Assembly: GCA_038087875.1 (NCBI GenBank)
Contig: JAXLNO010000036.1
Location: 1-64,000 of the forward strand
From: Malacoraja senta
Lineage: Eukaryota
Direction of reading: 5' to 3'
DNA: 64,000 bases
The notes under the pieces are model-generated. The model saw only the letters and a list, made by a program, of their open reading frames with translations. It was not told the origin of the DNA and searched no databases. Positions 12,773 through 25,338 of the stretch are shown here, one piece after another (position 1 is the stretch's first letter; every line of letters starts with the position of its first letter). Position numbers and translations under genes: made by a program.

Positions 12773-13588
12773 TGAATTGAATTGAATTGAATTTCCTTTA
12801 TTGTCATTCAAACAATAGTTTGAACGAAATTGCGTACCTTGTAGTCAAGACAGAGAAAAAGCAACAAAACTCACAATGAACACAATTTAACACAAATATC
12901 CATCACAGTGAATCTCCAGGCAACTCCTCACTGTGATGGAAGACAAAAAGCCTTATCTCTTCCTTGCTTGTTCTCCCGCTGTGTCGAGGCGATCGACGTT
13001 CTCGATGTTGAAGCCCCCGCCGGGTGTTGGGTAAATCCCGCGGCCGATTCCAAGCTCCGCGAAGGGGCCGACTCAAACTCCGCGACCCGGGGCGGACGAA
13101 GCCGCCACCCTCCAGTCCAGCTGTTGCAGGAGCTCCCGAAAACCAGTCACCAAGCAGGGACCTGCGAGCTCCCGATGTTACCGTCGACAGGGCCCGCGGC
13201 CGAAGCCCGCGAAGCCCCGAAGTCGGGTCGCAGCCACAGCGCCACCACAGCCTCCGAAGTCAGCCAGCTCCGCGTTGGGAAGTCCACAGGCTCTGCCACC
13301 GGAGCCCCCAAAGTCGATTCCAGTTTGAGGCCGCCAGCTCCCCGATATTAGGCCTCAGTACAGACGCAGACGGAGATATGACAAGGAAAAAGACGCAACC
13401 CCGTAGAAGGAAGAGATTTAAAAAATATTTCCCCCACTCCCCACATATACACAACTAAATATAAACTAAAACATACGTCTAATAAGACAAAATAAAACAA
13501 AACAAGACAAAGCCAGGCGACTGCAGGCGAGCCGCAGCTGCTTCCGGATGGAAGTGGCAGCGCAGGCCAGTTCATCTTTCCACGTGGC
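12773..13588 (-). mobile_element. CpG-rich retroposon-like insert (paralog of 1006-1826)
   Basis: Same sequence and same insertion site in the gag start. Confidence 0.65.
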
Positions 13589-13666
13589 TCCACCACCCAA
13601 CCTAAAGCTCAAAGAGAAGCGGGTGGAAGAGTGGAAAATGTTTAAACAAATGTACGAAAATTATCA

Positions 13667-15310
13667 TTACATGACTACTGCCCCATAGAGTATCTCCCTA
13701 TCAGTACTACAACACAGCGTGTTATTACATCAGTACTACTCCACACTGTCACTCCGTCAGTACAACCCCACAGTGTGTCATTCCATCAGAACTACCCCAC
13801 AGCGTGACACTTCATCAGTAGTATTACACAGTGTCATTTCATCAGTACTACTGCACAGTGTGTCACGCCATCAGTACTACTGCACAGTGAGTCTCTCCAT
13901 CACTACGTCCACACCGTGTTTAACGCCATCAGTACTGCCCCATCGTGTGTCACTCCATCAGTACTATCCCACAGTGTATCACGCCAATCGTACTACCCTA
14001 TATATTGTCATTCCAACCTTACTACCCCACAGTGTGTCTCTCCATCAGTACTACCCCACCTTGTGTCCATAACATCAGTACTACCCCACAGTGTGTCCCT
14101 CCATCAGTACTACCCCAATGTATGGCCATAATATTAATGTTATCCCACAGTGTTTCTCCATCAGTACTACCATACAGTGTGTCCATAACATTAGTAATAC
14201 TCCATAGTGTGTCCACTCCATCAATACTACCCCACACTGTGTCCATTACATTAGTACTACCCACAGTGTTTCGTTCCATCAGTACTATCACACAGTGTGT
14301 CTCTCCATCAGTACTACCCCACAGTGTGTCCATAACATTAGTACTACCCCACAGTGTGTCCATAACATTAGTACTACCCCACAGTGTGTCCATAACATCA
14401 GTACTCTCCCACAGTGTGTCTCTCCATCAGTACTACCCCACAGTGTGTCTCTCCATCAGTACTACCCCACAGTGTGTCTCTCCATCAGTACTACTCCACA
14501 GTGTGTCTCTCCATCAGTACTACCCCACAGTGTGTCTCTCCATCAGTACTACCCCACAGTGTGTCTCTCCATCAGTACTACCCTACAGTGATTCATTCCA
14601 TCAGTACTACCCCACAGTATTTCACTTCTTCAGAAACACCCACAGTGAGTCATTCATCAGTACTAACCCGCAGTACGTCAGTCCATCAGTAATACACCAC
14701 AGAGCGTCATTCCATCAGTACTATCACACAGTGCGTCACTCCATTAGTATAGCACCACAGTGTGCCAGTCCATCAGTAACATACAACAGTGGGCCAATCC
14801 ATCAGTACTATTCCACAGTGTGTATCCCATCAATGTCACCCCGTTGGGCGCCACTCCACCAGTACTACACCACAGTGTGTCAATCCAGCTTAACTATCCC
14901 CACAGTGTCAATCCAGCTTAACTATCCCCACAGTGTCAATGCAGCTTAACTATCCCCACAGTGTCAATGCAGCTTAGCTATCTCCACAGTGTCAATGCAG
15001 CTTAACTATCCCCACGGTGTCAATGCAGCTTAACTATCCCCACAGTGTCAATGCAGCTTAACTATCTCCACAGTGTCAATGCAGCTTAACTATCTCCACA
15101 GTGCCAATGCAGCTTAACTATCCCCACACTGCCAATCCAGTTTAACTATCACCCCATCAGTACTACACAATGTGACATTCCATCTGTCACTCCATCAGTA
15201 TGGCCCCACTGTGTGTGTCACGCTTTCAGTCTCCCCCACAGTGTGTCACTCCATCAATAATTTCCAACAGCGTGTCACTCCATTAGTGCTTTCCCCAAAC
15301 CGCGTCATTG
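13667..15310 (+). repeat. Compound minisatellite: 29/30-bp units, then a 28-bp variant block (~14875-15150)
   Basis: CCATCAGTACTACCCCACAGTGTGTCTCT, CATAACATTAGTACTACCCCACAGTGTGTC and AATGCAGCTTAACTATCCCCACAGTGTC, all sharing CCCCACAGTGT. Confidence 0.95.
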
Positions 15311-15409
15311 CATATTCCACACAAACGCACACTCACAGGCACTCACAATCTCACACACTCACACAATTCACACAATTACCCACCCTTACGCACGGCAATG
15401 CACTCTTAC

Positions 15410-15812
15410 ACATAACCATATAACAACCATATAACCATATAACAATTACAGCACGGAAACAGGCCATCTCGGCCCTTCAAGTCCGTGCCAAACACTTATT
15501 TTCCCTTAGTCCCATCTACCTGCACTCAGACCATAACCCTCCAATCCTTTCCCGTCCATATACCTATCCAAATTATTTTTAAATGATAAAAGCGAACCTG
15601 CCTCCACCACTTCCACTGGAAGCTCATTCCACACAGCTACCACTCTCTGTGAAGAAGTACCCCCTCATATTACCCCTAAACTTATATCCCTTAATTCTCA
15701 AGTCATGTCCTCTTGTTTGAATCTTCGCTACTCTCAATGGGAAAAGCTTATCCACGTTTCTCTGTCTATCCCTCTTATAATTTTAAAGACCTCAATCAAG
15801 TCCCCCTTGACC
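15410..15812 (-). mobile_element. CR1 3' fragment, (GGTTATAT)n tail family
   Basis: Matches the 3' end of the CR1 at 25442-25870. Confidence 0.9.
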
Positions 15813-16050
15813 TACATACATAAACATCACTCATAAAACGCTATAGAGACGAGGAAGCAGTGGTAGAGGGCAGAGCACATTCCTAGGTCTTGGAGTTCGG
15901 AGATAGCAACCAGCTCTCTCCCTCCCCCCCCCAACCCCGACTGTGGACACAGCTACACACGGCCACACACACAATGCCAAGCTCAAGCCTGTTCAGACAT
16001 TTAATATCATAATTATCAATCTTATCCTGGTCTCAAGTTCTTTTCCATAC

Positions 16051-16433
16051 CTGGTCACATTGGTCTTCAGTTCCCTATTGGCCACAAGAAGCTTCGCTCC
16101 AATCCGGTTTGTATTTAATAAATGGACATCACTGTTGTTCTGAGGTAGAGTGTACTCGAGATTCAGATATATCCGAGAGAGTAAATTACATCACATCTCA
16201 GTCACTCCAAAGTGAATTCATATTCTGATCATCTGATCCTAACGTAACCATCCATATACCCGTTGTTTAATGCTCTGAAGCTCCATCCTTTCAGGGCCTC
16301 GCAAACTCCCACATACCGGCGTCAATTACTGACTTGTTGTACTAACTGCACAGAGTAGAGGATCTGGTCAATTATTGGTCGTTTCACAGCCACTTGATGC
16401 GAGGGATAAATCTCCACTTCTGACTCTACACCG
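16051..16433 (-). pseudogene. Decayed exon-like module M
   Basis: Acceptor CCCTTTAAAG, donor CAG|GTATGG; GVESEVEIYPSHQVAVKRPIIDQILYSVQL...VCEALKGW...LLNTNRIGAKLLVANRELKTNVT. Confidence 0.55.
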
Positions 16434-17229
16434 CTTTAAAGGGAAGCATCACCTTATTTAAAAGAGAGGGGGCTAAGGCATCATACTCTATGGACCAAGT
16501 GCTAGAAAATGCGACCCAGTTATTGCATAGCATTAACACAGCACGACTGCACTACTCTTTCCTTGTGTGACCGAGCTGCAGGGAGAGGTGAGGAATTTAT
16601 TCCCTGGAGCGAAAGAGACTGAGGGGTGATGATATGAAGGTGTATAAAATCATGAGTGGAATAGATAGGCTGAATGCAGTCCATTTTCCCCAGGATTGAG
16701 AATCAAAAGGCAGATCTCATAGGTTTAATGTGAGAACAGCAAGATTTACAAGGAACCTGAAGGGAAGACTTGACACAAATAGAGAATGTTGGGTACATGG
16801 TTTGAACATTGATAAGATCATTCACTTCTGACATCACATATGTTTTCTGCCTGGACGGATGTTATCTGAGTCTTCTGACTATACTATGTTTTCCTGCTGT
16901 ATTGCAGATGCACGGTGATTAATACGGTCCACGATAAGGTATCAGGCGTTTTACTGGGTTCTTCCTCCTGTCCCCACTTCGCACCTTGTCTTCGCATTTG
17001 TTCACCCCCATTCAACACCTTCTCTTGTATATCAATACTGTATGTGTTACATGGACAATCATAGTAGCCATCATGGTACGAGTATCCCTCTCTGGTCATA
17101 GTTGGTACTTATGTCAGATCATTAGTTTAGCTGAGGTTAGGCTTGGTTATTATTGTCAGATATTTCGAGGTACAGTGAAAAGCGTGGCATTGCACGCTAT
17201 CCATTCAGTTCAGATATGCCATATACAGA

Positions 17230-17400
17230 TGCATAGAAACATAGAAAATAGGTGCAGGAGTAGGCCATTCGGCCCTTCGAGCCAGCACTACCATTCAAGA
17301 TGATCATGGCTGATCATCCAAAATCAGTTACCCGTTCCGCCTTTTCCACATATCCCTTGATTCCCTCAGCCGTAAGAGCTAAATCTAATTCTCTCTTAAA
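17230..17400 (-). mobile_element. CR1 3'UTR fragment
   Basis: Same 3'UTR as 6403-6580; absent from the paralog at ~34715. Confidence 0.8.
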
Positions 17401-18234
17401 CTACAACCAGTTAAAGCCCTGCAGATGGAGCGAGGAGGAAGATACAGAATGTCGAATATATTTAATTACAGAAGATCATGCTGAATATTGTTGGTTATTT
17501 CCATCAACCCCTGAATTGTCCGTGTATTTGTGAGAATGAACAAAATTTACTCAAGCCACTTTGCATCAATCCGTTCTCCGTAGAACTGGACAAGTGCAGT
17601 TGGATAATTTGAGTTTTGTAAAATCACAAAGCAACACATTTTTTGCAAAAATATTATTTAAGTTTGCAGAAGGTCTCGTCTGGAGCAGTGGATGATGCAA
17701 TGAGACATCGCCCTGGGATCGCGATGTTGTAAACAATTAAGAGGAGAGGCGTTCAAATATCAGCTTCAGTTTTAAGTTTATTGTTGCATGTCCCGAGCTA
17801 AAGTAAAAAGCTTTGTTTTGCGTGCAATGCAGACACACTAGATATACCATATATATACAGTAATAGTTACAACTCGAGCAGGGGGTATACGGTTTTACAC
17901 AGAGAATGAGTTGACATATGAGGTAGTTGCGGCATATATTAGGGCATCTTTCAAAGACAGCTGGACTGCTGCATGGATAGGAATGATTTAGAGTGATGTG
18001 GGCGAGATGCGGGAAGGGGTGACTAGTGTAGATGGGCACATTGGTCGGCATGTGCAAGCTGGGTAGAAAATCCCATTACCATGTTTTAGGATTCGATAAT
18101 TCTATGAAAATAGATAGAGCAACGTGGAAGATGCAAAACATAGTTGGCAGCATTGGTGTGTATTTTCCTGCATCAGTTACTTAGACAATTTTAAATATCC
18201 GCAATGCGGTAGAAGCGAATTGAGCAGTACCCTA

Positions 18235-18667
18235 GTCTACGGGCATGCATACTCTGGAATGTAGAAGCGAGAGAGGGCATCTTATTGAAACATATAAGAC
18301 GATTAAGGGTTTGGACACGAGAGAGGCAGGAAACGTGTTCCCGATGTTGGGGGACGCCTGAACCAGGGGCCATAGTTTAAGAATAAGTGGTGAGGAATTT
18401 AGATGGGAGATGAGGAAACATTTTTTTCACTCAGAGTATTGCGAGCCTGTGGAATTCTCTGCCTCAGAGGGCGGTGGAGGCCGGTTCTCTGGATACTTTC
18501 AAGTAAGAACTTAATAAGGCAATGAAAGATAGCGGAATCAGGGGATATGGGAAGAAGGCCGGAACGGGACACTGATTGTGGATGATCAGCCATGATCACA
18601 TTGACTGGCGGTGCTGGCTCGAAGGGCCGAATGGATTACTCCTGCACCTATTGTCTATTGTCTATTG
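18235..18667 (+). mobile_element. CR1 3' fragment
   Basis: LIETYKTIKGLD...GHSLRI; CR1 3'UTR and (CTATTGT)n tail; paralog 24590-25020. Confidence 0.85.
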
Positions 18668-18986
18668 TACCTTTAGATATAAATTTCGGCCAGTACTCGA
18701 TGTAAAGGAGATATAGTAGCGGACTGAAAATGATTTATTTTAGGGTCCGGTGTTACTTTGGATGAGGTGTCACCTATCCTCACTGACTGAGGATCGTTGG
18801 TGCTAAAATCGAGCATTCAGCGGTAGAGGCGGAGAAGATACCTCGGTCCCGGCGTTTGGAGATAATAGCCACTCCATCCCCTATCACATACAGGTACACA
18901 CTGCTGAACGCATCATTTACAGCGCGAGGCTGTTCCTATTTTCCACATTAAACAGGATCTGACGCAGGACTCATATTAAGCCACAG

Positions 18987-19376
18987 CTGGTCACCTTAGC
19001 CGTCCTTACACCATTGTCTACAAACACACGTGCTCCAGCCCTATTTGAACGGAATGAGTTATCATCACTAATGTTTGGGCAACATGGTACGGGAGGTTCA
19101 GATATATTTGCGAGCATAAATTGCTTCTCATCTCAATTCACTCCATGGTAAACACCTACTTTGAAACTTGTATCCTCACGTCATCACCCATCTAGCGATT
19201 GTGTAATGCTTTCAATATCTATCCTGTCAGCCCTCGCAGAATCCGACATTTACAGTGTTAATATATTCACTTGTCGTTCTTCCAAACTCCACAGCGTAGA
19301 TGATCTGATCAATTGTTGCTCCTTTGGCAGTTCCGTCATCCGTGGGATAAACCTCAACTTCAGATTCTGCATCGTA
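18987..19376 (-). pseudogene. Decayed exon-like module M
   Basis: YDAESEVEVYPTDDGTAKGATIDQIIYAVEFGRTTSEYINTVNVGFCE...NISEPPVPCCPNISDD; both splice sites mutated. Confidence 0.5.
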
Positions 19377-20927
19377 TTGTAGGTACCGCCTTACTTGAAA
19401 GATATATAGTGTCAGGGCATAATGTTCTGCTGATCAAGTGCTAGTAAATGGGAATTAGTAAATGGATAGCACAGGTGTAGATAGGTGTTTGGCCTGTGTC
19501 TCTACTGTGTGACTAAATGACTCTCGGACCAGTGTATACACGTTTCTCCATTTGTAGTATCACCGTCAGTCGTTAGAGCAGGACTTCGCTACACTAGCCT
19601 TGTATGGGCCGAGCTCTTGGTAGGGATGAGGACTTTATTCATTGGAGCACAGGAAGATGAATGTTGCTTATAAAGGTATATACGGGGAATAGATCGAGAG
19701 AATGCACAGTCTTTTCTACAGAATGGGGAATCAAAAATCAGAGATCATGGGTATATGGTGAGCGGAGCAAGATTTACAAGGAACCTGACCGTAAGACTCT
19801 ACACTCAGACAGCGATACATGTACGGAACGAGCTATCAGAGGCGGTCGTTGAGATATGTTGAGTCGATGCTGGCATTTCTAGTCACTACGTTTGGAAATC
19901 TAGCTGGCATCTGGACAGTAGCAAGAGGTAAATAGGTGACCATCTTTCGTTATTTGTGTTGAGCAATAAATGTTCGGCAGCAACTGATTCTGCATCAATG
20001 TTCAGGTGCCCTGATGCGCCAGTTTGCACTCTAATGCGGAGTGCGGCATTCTTGTATTTGGTGAAACGACACCATATCGTGCAGTTACTTCCACAGCACC
20101 GGGGATTTGATCAGGTCATCCATTTATAACATTAGATGTTCCTCCTCTCTCCACCATGTCTTCAGAGTCATCTGAGTATTTCCCGTTTTCCTCTTGTATG
20201 TGCAGATGCCCGACAATTACTGCGGACTACAATACAGCAGCAGCGTTTTACTGTGTTACTCCTCCTGCCCCAGTCTTCACTTTCTCTTCGCATTTGTCCA
20301 ACTGTTTGTTTGTGCTTAACAACCATTCATCAGGTCTCTTGAATATCAATGTCATCTATGAATCTGAATCGCCATCACAGTACGATCATTCCAGCTCTGA
20401 TCATACCTTCTGAACCTTCTGAATTTGTAGTCGGCAGGGCAGTACTCTGCATATCGCCCACTTGATATTTGGTATTTGGTACATATTTGGTTCTTACCTC
20501 TGATCATTGGGTTTGGTTAGGTTAGGCTAGGAATGTTACTGTCACAAGTACGGAGACACAGTGAAAAGCTGTGTTGGCTCCTATCCACTCAGATCAGACA
20601 TACAATACATAGATACAATCAGTTGAAACGAAGTCATTAGATCGAGCAACAGGAATAATAGAGGCAGCATATAGTTCATGATATAGAATATCATCCTGAA
20701 TATGATTTTTTGTTTAAATCAAACTTTAAATTGTCCGTATATTTTAATAATGAATAACATTTGCTTAAGCTGCATCGCATAATTCCGTTCTTCGTGGAAC
20801 TCGATATGTGCAATCGGAGAATTCACGCTCTGCAAAAACACAAATAAAAAATGTGTACTGTTGTCGGAAACGTTGAGAATCTAAAGGAAGATGAGTAAGT
20901 TGTAGTTTGTTTAACCTTGCAGCTCAC

Positions 20928-21503
20928 ATACTGGGGAGCATGATTGGAGCGTTGCTAAGATAGAATGTAGTTAAATTAGCTAAAGTTGAAACATTCTGCT
21001 GAGAAACAGGCTTCCTTATCAGTAGGGGGAGGATAGTCTTTTGTAGTCCTGTCCACAGTAGGTTCATATCTGTTGCAATCTTGGATTACAGCTACCTTTG
21101 GTTACTCTGTTTAGCAGGCACGTCTCCAAAAGGTTCACAAACGATCTCCTTTACGAGGGGACTCCATTTGTCGAGAAGAATCTGGACATTTATGATATCT
21201 ACATGTTAGATACATGGGAAGGAAATTTCTAAACAACAAGAAACCCAAGATTAAAGTTAACTTTGGGGAAACGCAAAGATGAAAGGTTACAGAGACATTG
21301 ATTAATGATGTTGTATTTCAACTCCACAAGTAACCATTGTGTCACGAGGGTAGAAGAATCCTACAGTTACCGTGGGATTTTGAAGCAGCTTGAGCTTCCT
21401 CACACTGTTTCGCGATGTACATCGCCGAGGCCTGTATTAAATCGACTTGTTCGGTTGCCTCACCACTGATCTATGAGCTGTTTTATTTGTTGCCTGTGCC
21501 TAT
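20928..21503 (-). pseudogene. Two exon-like segments (21371-21503 and 20928-21228) with a 142-nt GT-AG intron
   Basis: CCCAG| ... CG|GTAACT and TTGTTTAG| ... |GTGAGC; non-TE sequence; translations contain stops. Confidence 0.4.
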
Positions 21504-22199
21504 CTGGGTACAGTTAGATATAGGGTACGGGTAAAGCACAAAATCCCCTCCTACATGTACAACACATGTTATTAAACTGTACCGAGGTGCGCAGGTGGAG
21601 CGAAGGATGATGTAGTCCGTCGATAAACCATGAGACATCCCGCTGGATTTGTGGTGTTGTACACAATTACGATGTGAGACGCATGGAGTTTTAGCTTTTG
21701 GGTTATGTTCCTTATTGTCACATGTACCGAAGAACATTAAACCCTTTGTTGTTCATGCTATTCAGACTGATCAGATGTACCATAAATAGATGCAATCAGT
21801 TCAGAGGCGAGGACAGAGGGTGCTGTGTCTATGTATTCATACAGGGGTGGTGGGAATATAGATTTGCACAGACGGTGGTGGGTACATAGAATAAGCTGCC
21901 GAAGGGCGTCGCTAAGGCAGAAGCTATGACAATATTTAAAACACATTGGACAGGTGCATGGATAGAAAGGTTTAGAGTGATTTTTGCCAAACACTGTAAG
22001 GGTGCTAGCGTAGATGGGGCACATTAGTCGGCATGGGCGAGCTGGGTTGAAGGAGCTGTTCCCTTACTGTGTGACTCCATGACAATAGGTAGATATACAG
22101 AGTACAGAATGAGGTTCTCAGATTTGTAGCTTCTCGTGGACCATCATTTTTATAAACAAAGTCCAATGTGTACACTGGGGCAATACGAATCGAACAGTA

Positions 22200-23462
22200 T
22201 CCTCGCATATGGAGGGATCGGGCAGAAGCTCGATAACGATGGAAAACAAGCCATTCTGGTGAGATGTGCGCTTTCAACCTTCTGTACCTTCTGGCAGATA
22301 AGAGAACAGGCAAGAAGAACTGACCCGATTTAGACATCTTTGATGATGTTGGGTAATTTTTCCCCGAAGAAGCGTGAAGTGTAGATGGAGACAATGGTGT
22401 GACGTCAGGACTGCATGATGGATTGGGCTACATTTACAACTCTCTCCAAATCCTCCCGGTCTTGTCAGATCTGTACCCAAACCAAAATGTAATCCAACCC
22501 GACAATATGATTTCTATGCTCCATCTCTAGAAGTTTTATACGTATCACTGTAGACATGCCAATTGTCCCAGTCTCTTGATGAAGTACAGATGATGGTGTA
22601 CCTTCGTGGGTTACGCGTCAATGTGCTTACTACAAGACATATCGTTGGTGAATTAACACATGGAACTTGAGCTCTCAACCATTCCGTGCCATTGATGCAG
22701 ATTGGGACAAATACTCTACATTGCTTCCTGAGGTCAAAAACTATCTGCTTCGGCTTGCTGAAAGAGGGGTCATTGTCACGACAACATGTCAATAAGCTCA
22801 CTATGTCCTTCTTGTACTCCGCTCCGCCATTGCCCGTCATTCGACCATTCAGTAGAGCTACTACTCGTGGAAGCGAACGGGTAAGATCATCTCTGACCCC
22901 TCATACCCTGGCCACTATCTCTTTGAATCACTTCCGTCTGGAAGGAGACTCCGGACTGTCAAAGCTGTCACAGCCAGACATAAAAACAGCTTTTTCCACG
23001 AGTAGTAGCTCTACTCAATAACCAAAAATCTGTAGCCTCCTTTTGCTCTGCTATTTTATTTAATTCATATTGTTAAACTATAATGTTTTATTATTAATGT
23101 TCAATGCTGTATGTGTCATTCCTAACTGTCACTGTATGCTGTTGTCACATGCGGGCGGAGCACCAAGGCAAATTCCTTGTATGTGAATACTTGGCCAATA
23201 AACCTATTCATTCATTCTTTCATTCACAATGATATTTTCTGCAAATTCATAGCTAAGGCTTAATATGGCCGTACGGTCGCGGGTGTAAAGGTGGTGTAGT
23301 AGCGAACTGAGAACGGATCCTTGCGATGCTCCAGTCGTCGAAGTTATTGTTGAGGAGGTGTCACTTATCCTTATTGATTGTGGGCTGTGGGAGTCTAAAA
23401 TTGAGCATGCGGTGGTAGAGCGGGGAGGTGATCCCTCGTTCCAGGAGTTTGGAATATATCAT
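22200..23462 (-). mobile_element. Rex1/Babar-like LINE RT fragment with a nested plus-strand Rex1 3' end (22850-23226)
   Basis: TGASQGSVLSSL...; nested piece KIISDPSYPGHYLFESLPSGRRLR with (TTCA)n tail; empty site at ~32665. Confidence 0.75.
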
Positions 23463-24138
23463 CTTCCAACCTGCACAGAGTGTAGGATCTCCTCAATTGT
23501 TGTTCCTTTGACAGCCTCTTCTACCGCAGATAAATATTGACTCCATCTCTGCACCGAAAGTAAATGGTTGCGCCGGAAAATATGACAAACGTTCAAAGAC
23601 AATTAGACTGCCTCATCAATCCTTTCTCCGTAGAACTGGACAAGTGCAGTTGGATAATTTGAGTTTTGTAAATTCACAAAGCAACAAATGTTTGGAAAAA
23701 TATGATTTATGTTTGCAGAAGGTCTCGTCTGGAGCAGTGGATGATACAATGAGACATCCCGCTGGGATCGCGATGTTGTAAACAATTAAGAGGAGAGGCG
23801 TTCAAATATCAGCTTCAGTTTTAAGTTTATTGTTGCATGTCCCGAGCTAAAGTAAAAAGCTTTGTTTTACGTGCAATCCAGACACACTAGATATACCATA
23901 TATATACAGTATTAGTTAAAACTCGAGCAGTGGGTATACGGATTTACACAGAGAATGAGTTGACATATGAGGCAGTTGCGGCATATATTAGGGCATCTTT
24001 CAAAGACAGCTGGACTGCTGCATGGATAGGAATGATTTAGAGTGATGTGGGCGAGATGCGGGAAGGGGTGACGAGTGTAGATGGGGCACATTGGTCGGCA
24101 TGTGCAAGCTGGGTAGAAAGTCCCATTACCATGATTTT

Positions 24139-24483
24139 CCCTGTTGGACAAACAGGAATTATTCGTTGGAACATGGTCTCCCTTTATTGATTATTTAAAG
24201 GGTCAGAATGGTTCAGCACAGGAACCTGACTAATGCTCGGGCTAAAGAATGGATGAAATGCTATATTCTGAAATGTACGAATATATCTCGAATGAAGTTT
24301 TTTATTTTAATAAATTTTTCCATTCTTCTTTAACCATCTTTTTTTTTTTTTTTTTTTTTTTTTGTTTTTTTTGTTTTCTCTTTTCTCTTTTTCTTCTCAC
24401 TCTTTTCTTTCTTTGCTTCATCTATCTTTTTAGTTCTATCTAGTTTAAATTTTTTTTGTTTTTTTAAATAAATTAAAAAAAAG
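24139..24483 (+). mobile_element. L1-like 3' fragment
   Basis: LLDKQELFVGTWSPFIDYLKG resembles an L1 ORF2 C-terminus; T-rich 3'UTR, AATAAA and A tail; absent from the paralog at ~18090. Confidence 0.6.
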
Positions 24484-24589
24484 AATACAGAATATAGTTG
24501 GCAGCATTGGTGTGTATTTTCCTGCATCAGTTACTTGGACAATTTTAAATATCCGCAATGCGGTAGAAGCGAATTGAGCAGTACCCTAG

Positions 24590-25020
24590 TCTACGGGCTT
24601 GCAAACTCTGGAATTTAGAAGGGTGAGAGGGCATCTTATTGAAATATATAAGACGATTAAGGGTTTGGACACGCGAGAGGCAGGAAACATGTTCCCGATG
24701 TTGGGGGAGGCCTGAACCAGGGGCCATAGTTTAAGAATAAGGGGTAAGGCATTTAGATGGGAGATGAGGAAACATTTTTTCACTCAGAGTATTGCGAGTC
24801 TGTGGAATTCTCTGCCTCAGAGGGCGGTGGAGGCCGGTTCTCTCGATACTTTCAAATAAGAACTTAATAAGGCAATGAAAGATAGCGGAATCAGGGGATA
24901 TGGGAAGAAGGCAGGAACGGGACACTGATTGTGGATGATCAGCCATGACCACATTGACTGGCGGTCCTGGCTTAAAGGGCCGAATGGATTACTCCTGTAC
25001 CTATTGTCTATTGTCTATTG
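24590..25020 (+). mobile_element. CR1 3' fragment
   Basis: Paralog of 18235-18667. Confidence 0.85.
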
Positions 25021-25338
25021 TATCATTGATACAAATTTCGGCCAGTACTCGATGTAAAGGAGATATAGTAGCGGACTGAAAATTATTTATTGCAGGGTCC
25101 GGTGTTACTTTGGATGAGGTGTCACCTATCCTCACTGACTGAGGATTGTTGGTGCTATAATCGAGCATTCAGCGGTAGAGGCGGAGAAGATACCTCGGTC
25201 CCGGCGTTTGGAGATAATAGCCACTCCATCCCCTATCACATACAGGTACACACTGCTGAACGCATCATTTACAGCGCGAGGCTGTTCCTATTTTCCACAT
25301 TAAACAGGATCTGACGTAGGACTCATATTAATCCACAG

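Noticed and set aside
13719..14949. Long ORFs (e.g. 334 aa) with repeated SVLPHSV/HQYYPTV peptides
   Set aside because: They are translations of a 29-bp minisatellite cycling through frames.
16051..16433. Module M as a cadherin or Ig domain
   Set aside because: Only superficial motifs (NISE, VRINV, VEIYPS); the DxNDN/DxD calcium motifs and the Ig Cys-Trp-Cys pattern are absent.
24249..24527. Poly-Phe and poly-Lys ORFs
   Set aside because: They arise from the T-rich 3'UTR of an L1-like fragment.
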